Source of the DNA: Paragordius varius
Taxonomy: Eukaryota > Animalia > Nematomorpha
Direction of reading: 5' to 3'
Assembly: GCA_964247055.1 (NCBI GenBank)
Contig: OZ176055.1
Span: 310,001-374,000 of the forward strand
DNA length: 64,000 bases
The notes under the pieces were generated by a model. That model did no database searches, was not told the DNA's origin, and was given only the letters and a program-made list of their open reading frames with translations. This document shows, piece by piece, positions 35,801 through 48,647 of the stretch; positions within the stretch are counted from its first letter, which is position 1, and each line of letters opens with the position of its first letter. Position numbers and translations under genes: made by a program.

Positions 35801-37959
35801 GTTGTGTTGAAAAGTCAAGCAAGCAATGTATCAATGAATTCTAATGTGATAATAAATTATTTATTTAAGACTTTTGTATTGTTGTGAGATTTTATAAGGG
35901 CACATATTAAACAAAAAGTATATGGTAATTGTATGTTTTTGTATACCTATATATTAAATTTATTTCACCATTTTTAATTAAAACTAAGGAGGTAATATTA
36001 TATTTCTTAACAGTTTGATTTTTAATCACTCTGGGAAAGGAGAAGATTCGATAAATTATCTTGGGCCCCTTTAAGGGGGGATCCATTCTATGTAAATAAC
36101 TCTTTTTGATAAATAATAAAAATATGTAGATGTTGTGTTAAGGCAATTTTCCGGGAGGGACCCCGCTCTATTCCAAAGATACCCAATTTTTTTGGTGTGC
36201 TAAATTTAATAAATCCACTTTGTTTTGATAGCTTCTGTGATCAGTTGTTCTCACATCCAGCATAATGATATTATAAGAATAAACAAGAGCTATCAATTAA
36301 CTTTTGATTCAAGTTAATAACCCAATAATTAATGGTGGTGTTCCAGTAAAAGACAACATTTTAACGCGATATTATAAATTTAGCCCATGGGTAAGGATCC
36401 ACACCACTATAAATATTAACGTGTCTTCAGAACGGATCTTCAAAACTATATAAAAATTTAATTAGGGTTTATTTCCCGTCGGAAGGCAGAAAATAAAATC
36501 CAAAGATTTTATTCCCGCGGAAATGATCCCTAGGTTAAATACGCCACACCAAATAAAAACATGACCTTGAAGCTAATTTACAGAAAAGGTTTAATAAAAA
36601 TCATATAAGTTCAATAAAAAACTTCTAGTATATTTTGTACAAAAGGTAAATTTGGTCCAAAATATAAACCCAAATGGTGTATTCTCTCTATAAATACGCA
36701 ACCATACAAAAATAACGTAAATGAAGCCAAATTTTAGAAAAGCTTTGAGACAATCTGATTTCAATAATCATGCTTTTAAGTGTTTCCCGTATGACAAAAA
36801 TTGATTCAGCACTTTTTAAATTAACCCCGGGTTTAATTATTTTATACCCTCTAAATAGGCTACCATATTAAAATAATGTGATTTGTTGTTTAAACGCTCT
36901 TTTTTATATTTTTGGGCAAGACCTTGTGTTAACTACATAATCATATAGAAAAATAGCTGATTATAAATCAAGGGTGTTCAAAGATATTTCGGAAGCTCAA
37001 TTTCGTTAATATTTTCTAAATAACCGTAACATTTTGATTAAAATCCAATCTTTTCAACAAATTTTATAGCATTTTGAGTAGCGCCGAAAACGTGTTGAAC
37101 TCCCCTGCTCCATAAATGAATAAAAAATCACCTATAGCATAGTTAAAATGTATTTTTTAATTTAAATTTCTTATCCATATTTAATTACTTAAAACTATTT
37201 TTCGTAACGCCTGACAGGTTACAGGTAATCTAAATATATTAAAAAGGAGAACGATGGATTGAGACATTACGAGAAGACACCTAATTTAATGTAAAACAAA
37301 TTATTATTGCTCGAACCATCTCTAGTCAAATAACTGTTTCAATTGACCCTAAGCTCCACCCTGTATGAAAATAGGGGTTTATAAAAGATAATTTCCCAAA
37401 ATCGTTTTTGCCACAATTTTTCCGGAAATCAATAATATTTTATTTTTGTGCAAATATGATAAAGACAAAATTGGCTGACTTTTTTAAATTTAACAGCCGA
37501 TCCCCCGGGTAAAATGACTTTTTTTTGTAAAATTCCCTATTTTTTTAGCTTTCTTTTTTATATAAAATGTAATAGTGGTTTTAAATATGGCATAAATTTT
37601 ACTCACCACTTTTTTAGAGGAAAACCTATGAGTCAATGGGTGGAGTGAATTTTTTAAGAGATTCCATAATTTGGAGTGAATAAAAAGCTAAGGAAACTCT
37701 AAAAAAATTAACATTAGATTTTTAAGGAAACACTTGTATTCAAGTGAATAAAAAAAATTATTAAAGGCAACCCTACATATTTTTTAGGATGCTAAATACC
37801 ATCCAAATATTTATATATTTTATTACAATCGATAGTAGAATTCAAACAAGGCAATTAGAGCTAATACGGTTTTGATGTCAGATTCTAAGTTTGAAATTTC
37901 AAGCTTCAAAGTAATTTTTATATATTTTAGATTTTTCTCTTATATTTGGAATACAGTGT

Positions 37960-38510
37960 AGAAATTAAATGTTTGATTTACGATCGTTGATAAGAAACAA
38001 AAAAACATATAAAATATGCATGAGAATCAATCTAAAATGAAACGAACGATTTAATAACACTGCTCAACAAGGTTTTGCACCACCCCATTATTTTTGCATT
38101 TTCTGATACCTAATGGCATGGAAAGGCCAAAACAAAAAAGAAAATTGAAGCCACCAATAGGATTTTTCCGAAATTTAATTTTTAAATTTGTATTTAATTT
38201 AAAAATAACAATCATTCCTCGTGTACATATGTTTAAATATTCAAACGAACAAGTCGATACAAGTAATATTCCATGCATGAATAACAAAATTCTAGGCATT
38301 AAATAAGATACTAAACAAGCTAAGAGCCAAAGTATTAAAAATCTAAAAGAGGCTTATGTATAGTGTGATAGATCCGGGCGGCTGCAGAAGCTCTGCATAT
38401 CCCCCAAGCGATCCAATTATGCCAGATATGGCAAAGATAACAGAAAAGTAATCGTAAAGCCCGATAAGAGAGACTTGCAAGCAAAATCCAGGCAAATTGA
38501 CATGTCAAAT
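37960..38510 (-). pseudogene. Possible heavily decayed paralog of the orphan 7TM receptor
   Basis: Minus-strand frame LYDYFSVIFAISGIIGSLGGYAELLQPPGSITLYISLF* parallels IYLIALPIFITIGVVGNGYILYILSSRYFKHHIQYIYL of the 34454 ORF, then has 6 or more stops. Pattern match by eye only. Confidence 0.35.
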
Positions 38511-41002
38511 TAACCAATTCACAGAATAAAGTTAGATAAATTCTACAATTAAATTGAATAAAAAGATTAGGTAAATACAAATGGTCCAATCCCATAATAG
38601 TAAATTCTACTAAAAGTGGCTACACAACATCCATCTGAAATTAAAAAACAAAACAGCCAATAATTTTAAAAAATAAAGTATATACACTAGGTATAAATAA
38701 AGGATTTTTTGTAAGAACCAACTCAAGAAAAAAAGCCTAATAAGTACTCGAAAGGACGAAAACTAACAAAAAATATAGCCTATCTAAAAGCCGAAGGTTT
38801 AAACCATAGAATGCCTTTTTTAGTATTTTTTTAAAATTTTTTATACGTATTAAAAATTCACTTGAAAGAAAAAGACTAAATTTTGACGTTTAAGTCCCTA
38901 CTATTTTATTCTTTCTGATATTTAAATGACATATTTATATTCAAAAGATAGAGTTTAAAACGCTTTATTAAATGATATTAAGTTTATAATATAATAACAT
39001 TTTATTATAAATTTATATTAAATTTTCTCTCGATTTTCTCTTGTTTTTGAAAAATTGAAAAACCTATAATATTTCAAAATTCTGATTGGCGGGATCAAAA
39101 AATTTACATTCGGTTTTAAAACACTGAAATTAGTCATAATTTAAAAGTTTGAGTGGTGGTGCTCAAAAATGTCCAAATTTGTCGACTAGTGTAATCAAAC
39201 CTGATTTCAATGAAAGAAGAGGAGGAGCCCTGAGTTTGCGACAAAAACAATATCTTTTTTAAGATTTCCTGCAGATCCCGGGCCTCAAATTACTATTAAG
39301 CTAGTTTTTGGGGTAAACTTTTTAACAAATCTCATTTTTTATGGTATGCAAGCCACTAAAATTTAAAAATCAGTATCTTATGTGATTCTTGTCAAAATTT
39401 TTTATAAAACTTTTATTTTATCATAAAAAAAAATGTATAAATAAACTTTAAACTATTTATTATTAATTATCATAAAATGCGAATTAGATTATTATAATAA
39501 TTTAGGAATTCTTCCGATTCGGTAGATCTTTTATGATAAAGAATTTAAAATTTCATCCGATTCGTGCGATCTTTTATGATTTTTCCTGTAATATATAACA
39601 TATTTTTTTGATTGAAGTTTTCATATTATCTCTCGCTTTTTGTAACTGATCAATCTCATAAAATTCTTTGTTTCTGTCTTCATTTTCTTTTAAAGATTTT
39701 TATAGGCTTCTTTTTATTACAAAACATACGGCACCATAGATTTATTTAAAACTATGGGATAGCTAAAATATTAATTATTAATATTATTAGAAGAGCTATC
39801 AATTTTTCTTTAGGTATACTTATATCGGTTTTAGGTATGTTATTTGGTTTAAGGAAACTCGAGAGTAAATCAGATGTGTTTTTTAGATAAATTATAAGGA
39901 AACTCTTTCTTTGAAAAAGTGAGCATAGGAAACACTTAAAGGGTTTCCTTTTTTTATTCATTCCACCCAATATAAAAAATGGCTATTAAACAATTTTTAA
40001 CCTATGAGTCTATATGGGGTAAATTAATGTCATATAAGAGAACAAAGCTTTTACCACGCTACATCAACCCCTAGCAAGGGTCTCACTTTTGTGAACACGC
40101 CACAATATAAAAATAAAGTAGCCCACTAGGGAAAATCCAAAAAACCAAATGGAACCTTTTTCTAGGTATTTTTCGCGGTGAATATAAATTTTTGCCCAAT
40201 TATAAGTTAATGCCCGTATAGGGCTACAATTAGAATACGTCACCATACGAAAATAACCTGACTATGAAGCTAGAGAAAACCTATAAACCATAGTATACAG
40301 TAATGTGTTTAGATATTTTTCATGTAAAGACAAATTTTGACCCGGTCTTTTCTCTAGGTTAACGCTCAGGAAGGGCTCCCAACCTTCAAATAACCCACCA
40401 TGTAAAATAACTAGCTTTGAATCAAAATTTCAGAAAAATTATAAACCAGAGGTATCTTATTTATAGTATTTCTTACAAAAATTAAAAAATATAGCCTTTT
40501 TTATAAGATAATGCGTAGGTTTTTTCTGTAAAATTCGACATCAGACTTTGAAGCCAGGTTCAAGTAGGAGATCACAAGGATGATTTTAGGTATTTCCCGC
40601 GTAAAGGAAAAAGTTTCATTCCATAACGTAGCGCATACTTATAGCTGTATCGCACCCTTTGAGAATGTGTGTAGCCTATAAATTGGGGGTTATCTCACGC
40701 CACCAAGATTAAATAAGAGATAGCCTGAAAAAGTGCGTTTGAATATTTATAAGAGTCTCAGAAAAATCGGTAATCCCTATATAAAAGACTTACAGTTTCA
40801 TTTAAAATAAATTTCATAACACTTGGTAAATCTTGAATTTTCTTACTCCCAACTCTTAATATCAATTTTAAAGTATGAGTAATTATAAATGACAAGCTAT
40901 TCATTAATTATTGCCAGAATGTAGAAAGGGTGTCCAAAATACGGCCCGCGAAACATTAGGAAATTTACCAAAATACAAATTGCTCATAAAATAATAATAA
41001 AA

Positions 41003-43021
41003 CTAGCTAACCCTGTTACGCTTCGCTATGACGCAGTATTACCAATAATTATTCTTAATAATTTGGAATAAATAGAGGTAATGAAGATAAAAAAATAATA
41101 AGATACATATTTAATAAAAGAATATTATTAAATTATTCTTTTACGGGTTTTTGCATAGGCTCAAATATTGACTCGAAATTGACCGTATTTAAAAATGTTA
41201 TTTAATAAAGTTAATATTAAACAATTTTTAATTTATTTTAAGATTTTTGTTTTACGAAATGGTTAAAAGTGTTTGAAATTATGTTCACACAGCTGGGAAT
41301 AAGGGATATAAAAATCTTTGTGGTTCCTTTTTATAGGAATGAATGATATTATACCAATTCCCCGGAAACGTGTTTAACTAAACTCATGGCTTCTTAATTT
41401 TTTTGAAAACTAGCTCCAAAATTACGCCATATTTGTATGGAGTCTCAGTTTTAAACCGGTAGACCCCCACCCATAGACCAATATGGAAAAAGCGCCGAGC
41501 TAAATTCTTTGCCTTTATAGGGCAATTTGGAATCATTTTTAATATCATCGTCTCATGGGTTATTCAAAAAATATATGAGGGCGTATTCTTAGGTCATAAG
41601 AGCCCTAAATTAACGGCTAATAAAAAAACACTGACCTTAATTTTTACCTAGTTACGGGTATTTTTTTAAGCTTTTAGACTTCTAAATATTCTGTAAATAA
41701 GCCTTAAAACTACGCAATTTCTATATAGTGGCGCAGTTTTTGGCCGGTAGCTCCTTATCCAGGGGCAGGTATAAAAAAGCGTTGGGCAAAATTATTGCCT
41801 TTATATGGGGAATATCTGGAATTATCATGGATTCCATATGTTTCTATCAGTCGTATGGGCTTTCTAAAATTTGGCTTCAAAGGCATTCTGTATAGATATG
41901 GTGACGCAGTTGTACGCGGGTCCTCTAACCAAGAACGAAAAAAAGCTCGATTATTGTAATTCGGGTAATACCTGGAATCATTAATTTCATATTCTCTCGG
42001 GGATTTTTGAAAAATTGCCTAAAAATTAAAAAGTCATTCTATGGTGGAGCATTTTTCAGGGCAAGGGCTTAATTAAGGGGTAATCTATAAAACCGTGACT
42101 AAATTTTTGCCTTATTACGGGTGATATTTCAAGCCCCCCTATTGAACTCATATGGCCTGATAGCTTTTCTAAAATTAACCTCCAAAGTCACGATGTATCG
42201 ATATAATGGCGCAGTTGTTGGCGGGCTGCTTCCTACGCAGAAGCTGATACAAAAATGCGCTTTACTTTTTGCCTTTTTAGAATACCTGGAATCATGATTG
42301 ATTCCATATGCTTATGGTTTTTGAAAAATTGCCTCAAAATCATTCTATGGTGGCGCATTTTTCAGGGGTAAAGGGCCTAATTAACGGCTATTTTTATAAA
42401 ACCATACTACCTAAAATTTTGTTAAGGAAAATACTTTAAGCACCTAACTCATATGGCCTGATATGTTTTCTGAAATTTAGCCCTAAAGGCATCTATTTCG
42501 ATATGACAGGGCAGTTTTTAGCGGGTATCTGTGTACCCAGCAGCCAATATAAAAAAAGACTAAAATTTGCCCTTTAACGGAGAATATTTGGAAACTTTAT
42601 TAAATTTTTACTTACTTTGGGCAAAAAATAGATTCAAAAAATTATTTTTGTGGACTTTTTTGAAAAAAATGGCATTTTACGGGGCAAGTCGGTAAAAAGA
42701 GGGCCTAAATTAAAAAAGCGAGCCGACTATGTTCGGCGCAATCGAAAAAAAGTAAAAAAAATCATATTTGGAATCGAATGGTCCAACACGTTTTCCGGAA
42801 AATTGTCTCAAAGACACGATTTTTGTGGACTTGTGTTTTCAAAAAAAACCGTTTTTTACACGGGGTTGGCCCAAACTGGGGGCCTAATTCAAAAAAGGGA
42901 GAAGCTATTGTGCGGGTATTCATTAATGATTTTATTTTTTCTACATTTGGATTTAAATGGGTCTACCGGTTTTCCGGTAACAGATCACAAAACCAGAATT
43001 TCCACTTATATAATATATAGA
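41003..43021 (-). mobile_element. Non-autonomous Helitron family H, copy 2
   Basis: Minus strand A|TCTATATATT at 43021 and ..GCGAAGCGTAACAGGGTTAGCTAG|T at 41003. The body 41370-43020 is colinear with copy 1 (4985-6500). Confidence 0.8.
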
Positions 43022-43094
43022 TTACTACTTAAAGCCTATCTATTTGTCTACAAACTAAAAATTTAGTAATAAAATATATTGCCATTTATAGTCT

Positions 43095-43147
<53 letters not shown>

Positions 43148-43155
43148 ACTTTTAA

Positions 43156-44182
43156 TCTATATATTTATAAAAATGGAAAATGCTGGCTTTGTGATCTGTT
43201 TCCGAAAAACCGGTAGACTTTTTCAAATCCGAATGTCGAAAAAAATATAATCATTAATGAATACCTGACAATAGCTTCGCCCTTTCTTAAATTAGGCCCC
43301 CAGTTCGGGTCCACCCCCTGTAAAAAACGTGTTTTTTTCAAAACACAAGTCAACAAAAATCGTGTCTTTGAGAGACAATTTTCCGGAAAACGTGTTTGAC
43401 CATTCGATTTCAAATATGATTTTTTTTACTTTTTTTCGATTGCGCCGAACATAGTCGCTTCGCTTTATTAATTTAGGCCCTCTTTTTACCCACCCCCGTA
43501 AAATGCGATTTTTTTCAAAAAATTAAGTCCACAAAAATAATTTTTTGAATCTATTTTTCGCCCAAGGTATCATGAAAATCAATGAAGTTTCCAGGTATTC
43601 CCTGTTAAAGGCCAAAATTTTTGTCACGAGTTTTTTATATTGGCTGCCTAAGGAGACCGCTAAAAACTGCCCCATGATATCGAAATATCGTGCCTTTAAC
43701 GCTAAATTTTAGATAACCTATCCAGCCATATGAGTTCAATCCGTGATTAAAATATTATTCGTAACAAGGCAAAAATTTAGATCTTATGGTTTTTCAAAAA
43801 AGCCGTTAGTTAGGCCCTTCGCGCCCTGAAAATTTGCGCCACCATAAAATGATTATTTAGTTTTAAGGCATTTTCCAACAACTAATGAGAGCATATGGAA
43901 TCAATCATGATCCCAGGTATTCTCCGTAAAAAGACAAAAATTTTAATCAAGCGCTTTTTTGTATCAGCCTCTGGGTAGGGAGCTACCCGCCTAAAACTGC
44001 GCCACCATATCAAGCGTTGTTTAGGAGTTAATTTCCAGAAAACTTATCAGGTCATATAAGTTTGTCCTGTATTATTACCCGTAAAAAGGAAAAAATTTAA
44101 GTCGAGCGGTTTTTTTAAATTAGCCGTCAATTAGGCCCTTTACGCCCTAAAAAACCACCATAGAAGATAAGATTTACGCTAG
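43156..44182 (+). mobile_element. Non-autonomous Helitron family H, copy 3 (internally deleted)
   Basis: A|TCTATATATTTATAAAAATGGAAAATGC start and CGCTAG|T end. It is the reverse complement of the copy 2 5' kilobase. Confidence 0.8.
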
Positions 44183-44601
44183 TATGTAAATATAATAATA
44201 CCAACATATTTTTTTAAATATGGTCCGCCAGGAATTGAATCAAAAATGGCGGACCGCGCCATTTGTATTGGAAATCTCTGATATGGATAAAACAAAAATT
44301 TATTGGTTTAAAATTATTTTTTTTCTCTTTTTACTCCTATTACTCAATAATAATTAATTTTTGCTATAAATGATGCTATCTAGCTTAATAAAAAACGAAC
44401 AATGTAATTAACTCATACAACACACCAGAAATTACTGAGACATCGATACAATAAATTTCATGCAAAATATTTATTTCTAATGCTAGAGAGCGTCTTTTTG
44501 TAGTTTTGGTACAAATTTGTATGAAATGCGTATGAAAAAATCTAATTAAAAATTCTAAAAATGTTTGAGTAACATGTATGTATAAATATCACAAATAAGC
44601 A

Positions 44602-45641
44602 TTATGGTTCAGAGGCTTTTGCAGCCTTTTTCTCCACATAATGGTAAATGGGACGTTCATTGCGGGCCTGAGTATTTCTTGAATTTCCAACCATTTTCGC
44701 CATTTTTTGACTTGTTTTTTCGGTGGAATACAATCCTCGCAAAGCTTTGATTTGTTCTTCAGATACGTATTGACGCTTAGTTGGCACGAACCAATCCACA
44801 TTTTCATTGCACAGCGGCACCGGGATAGATCCTTTGTAACGGTAAAAGTTTTGAAGGTCGGGTACAAACTTGCTCAGATCCAAACTGGGGATAATAGTTT
44901 TTTCGCCTAAAGAATAGATATATACTATATTTATAAGCTATTACACACTTTAAAAAATCTGTAGTCTGTTTTTTACGCTAAAACGTACCTTTAAACATAA
45001 CTGCATTGGTATGCTTAACAATCTTTTCTAGTTCTTCATGGGGTGTCATCACATCCCACAAAACTGCAATGACAGCCAAACCTTCGGGATCAGCCAACAC
45101 TTCTTTCTTAGATTTGAGGCCTTCCTTAACAAACACCATTTTCATCTGTAGTAATAATGGCAGGTGTGTATAATTATGTGAAATAAAAGATAGAATAAAA
45201 TTATAAAACTAAGTATACCTCCATCGGAAAAGTCTTGCCATCTATAGTGTGTTCCGATCCTTTGGTATTATCAGCGCCCCAATTGAAAGTTAATTTGGCA
45301 AAATGGTAAGGTTTCTTGAGACCAGCACCATGAAGTGTGGCAGAATCCTTGTGATCTCGAACATTTATAACGAGGAGAGGGCCTGTGTTAATTAGCGTAG
45401 CATTGACAATATGAGTTTTTTGCATTTTAAGCGTATTAGTATGTTCCATAACCATAGCGTCTTTAGTGCTAATATCGATTGGAGACTGCAATTTACCCGC
45501 ACAGTGGTCCGTAAAAGTTTTTGCCCAGGTTTTAGGCCCGGCCTCTTCAGAATAATCCCATCGTAGAACGGGTACATTGATTGCTTGATAAGTAGCAAGC
45601 CAACCACACATAAACCACAGAATTTGTGGAAAATAAGTCAT
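44602..45641 (-). CDS. Secreted alpha-carbonic-anhydrase-fold protein, predicted acatalytic, 3 exons, 294 aa
   Basis: Exons 45641-45219, 45145-44989 and 44906-44602 (GT-AG introns of 73 and 82 nt). Signal-peptide-like N-terminus, WDY..GP.TW, QSPIDI, GSEHTIDGKTFPME, EGLAVIAV, YRYKGS..VPLCNENVDW, NSRNTQARNERPI. The zinc-ligand positions are T, N and K instead of H94/H96/H119. Confidence 0.92.
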
Positions 45642-46273
45642 AGTTAAAGTTTTTTTTAATAGAATATAAAAGTCTTGAAGAAAGATAGAAGAGTGATGAT
45701 TAGAAGTTTTGAAACAAAAAAGTAAGGTTTATGAATTTGTGTAACTTAGGCTCACTATATATACGTTTTATGTAAGAGGGACGACGCCACTAAAACCATA
45801 TTTTTTTGTTCACTATAAATCAATCATAAAATTTATATAAGACAGACAGACACATGGGGGAAGATTATTTATAAAATATACATATATCAATAGCTGTTTT
45901 CGCTTTTAATGATTAAATCTTTTGATAAAAGGACCACAAATGTTTACATTTAATTGATTATATGTACTTCAAGAATCAAAGATGTTATTAAATTTAAAAA
46001 CAAGTTCAATTAAATTATCTTAAAAACTCTTTAACTTATTAGCACGTGTCACTTCAAACTACTTTAGATAAAAAAACATCTAGTTAGTTATATTGAAAAA
46101 ACCAGTTGTTTTAATGTTTTAAGACATTAAACTTCTTGTTAGGACAAAAACATGGAATGAAAGATGCTTAAATATGATTTTTATTTCTTTTTTATTAACT
46201 TTTACCGTACTCTAAATTGTATAAATAAAAAAACCATAAATGATTGATTTCTAAAAACTTTACTGAATTTATA

Positions 46274-46445
46274 CAGTGGCGTATGGAGTAAAAGATTGTT
46301 AGTGCAAAATAGAAAAAAAAATGTTTTTTTTAAAAAAAACAATCCTAGTTGTAAATACACATATGTATAATGTCCCCTTATTTTTTTAAAAAAAACATTT
46401 TTTTTTCTATTTTGCACTAACAATCTTTTACTCCATACGCCACTG
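46274..46445. mobile_element. MITE family C copy (172 bp)
   Basis: TA-CAGTGGCGTATGGAGTAAAAGATTGTTAGTGCAAAATAG is inverted at the right end and followed by TA. Confidence 0.85.
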
Positions 46446-47155
46446 TAAGAGAGAACCTCAAAATCCATAAATTTCTTATTCATATAATAAATTAATTTTA
46501 ATGACATAGTTATTTATTAAAGGATGATATTAGATAGGTTATGGAATAGGTTATTGACAGCATAATTTTTTTCTTTAATAACTAAGTTTAAATGCTAAAA
46601 AATTTATGTATTGGATTTTATAAAGCTAATCAAATGAATGCCAATATAGTATATTTATTGTTCATATATGTAAAAAAATGGAATTTTTTAATTATGGCGT
46701 CCTGGCATTCACATGAAGCTTATATATTTATTAGCGAAATAATCGGAATGAAAGGGATCGATTTTCAAAATAAATTTGGCTTTAAATTCAAAAAGGTTTT
46801 AAAATGTTTTAGAATGATCAATATAAATATTTTTTTGAAATGGCAAACGGTTTAACAAGTATATTATTTATGAGTCAAAAGAATTTAAGACTGCCGTGTT
46901 AAGCAGACTTTTAATATTTTATTTGAATGGGTTTTTCATAATTAATTTCGCACAACTTAAATACATTTTGATCAATAGAATTAACCACTTAAAATATCCA
47001 AATAATAACTATCGATATGATCTACATCTTATTATTTAATTGATGGTGCTTTTGTTGATATATAATTAATAAATATGTTATTTGGCATTTATGGTATTTT
47101 ATACAATATTTATCATATAAAAACTTTTATATTTACCCACTATTGAAATTTATAA

Positions 47156-48100
47156 CTAACTATACGCCCTGTCACGCATAGTTGACACGATCATTAGTTA
47201 ATGGTAAATTTTTTTCTGCAACAAAGACAGCAAAAAACTGTTTGTTAGTTAGACACGATTTCTTTTTTTTTCGTGGCGTATTATATGGTAAGGTCTTGCC
47301 CAACGGTCCACAAAACAAAGTATAATTAACTAAAATTTTTTCCACTATACGGGAAATAGCTTAAACCATGATATGTTCCTTATAGTCTCAGAGTTTTTTC
47401 TGGAAAAGATGTTTACCACGTTGTTTTTATATGGTCACCCATTTATAAAAGGGTTAAAGGCCTATCCAACGGCTTATTGAAAAAGGATCAAATAATTTTT
47501 TTGCATTTTGAATTGAATAAAACCAGGATTAAATCCATATGGTCTTATAAAAATTGGTCTCAGTGTTTTCTTAATCTTATATGGTTGCGCAATTTATAGA
47601 AAGTTGGAGGTCTACCTGCTTAACTATTGCATATACACTAAAAAAAGTCCAAAAATATTGTCATATCCATACGATCTTGTATATTTTTCGAAAATATGCT
47701 TCATAGCCATGTTATTTTTGACAAAAGCCTACCCAACGGTCACTATAAAAAGGATATGGATTCCAAAAATAATTACAATAACTGTAGTCTACAAAGTATT
47801 CATATCAAGGGTGTTTTACTGGGGGACGAGATATAGGAATTAATTAAAGAAATGTTTAGTCTATCGGGTATTGAATTTGAATTAAACTACATGTTTTTTG
47901 GAACAAAGACACGATTTTTGAGGACTTGTTTTTTAAAAAGCCGTATTCACACGGAGTGGGGTTAACTGACGGGTTAATTTGAAATATGGCCATATATTGG
48001 CATATTAATATATGAATTAAAATCTTTTGAATTCTAATGGGTATGCACGTTTTGTGAAAAAATGTCTCAAATACATGAATTTTGGGGCTTCTGTTTTTTT
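47156..48100 (-). mobile_element. Old degenerate Helitron family H-related copy 4
   Basis: 3' hairpin TGTCAACTATGCGTGACA near 47170. The segment 47900-48070 (AAAGACACGATTTTTGAGGACTTGTTTTT...) matches family H 5' region. Confidence 0.55.
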
Positions 48101-48265
48101 AAAAAAACAATTTCTGTTTTTTGGCTAAATAAGATTTGTTTCGTAAAGAGTCGATAAGACTTATCCAAAAAGAAATTTTTATGCAATAAACTGAGAATAG
48201 GTTTACAAACGGATTAAAAGATTACATAAAAATATTCTTTGCCACCGCCGTGATTTTTATAGATA

Positions 48266-48647
48266 CAGTGGCGTACCAAGCATTTGCGGCGCCGGGGGCA
48301 TAAAACATTTATGGCGCCCCCCCTCCCTTTTTTTAAAAAAGCCAAAAAAAATCAGTAAAAATAATACAAACGTTGTAACCTAAGGACCTTAGATAAGACA
48401 GCACAGTCATATAAATTTTATAAATCTATTAAATATATATATTTATATGATACTAAATTTATTCAATGGTACTAATTAGGTGAATAATAGAGTATATATT
48501 ATAGGGATTTATTGCTGAAAAATCTCATTTGAAAGTTCTTATTATTTTTGCATAATTAAATTTTAATTTTAAAATCATTTAGGCGCCCCTAAATAACGGC
48601 GCCCCGGGCATGATGCACCCCCTTGCCCCCACCTCGGTACGCCCCTG
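48266..48647. mobile_element. hAT MITE, 382 bp
   Basis: TIR CAG(T/G)GGCGTACC and a perfect 8-bp target duplication TATAGATA (48258-65 and 48648-55). Confidence 0.92.

Noticed and set aside
42650-43413. ORFs at 42650, 42778, 43165 (and 6290) resembling each other
   Set aside because: All lie in the non-coding 5' part of Helitron family H copies, are in inconsistent frames and show no Rep/helicase motifs.
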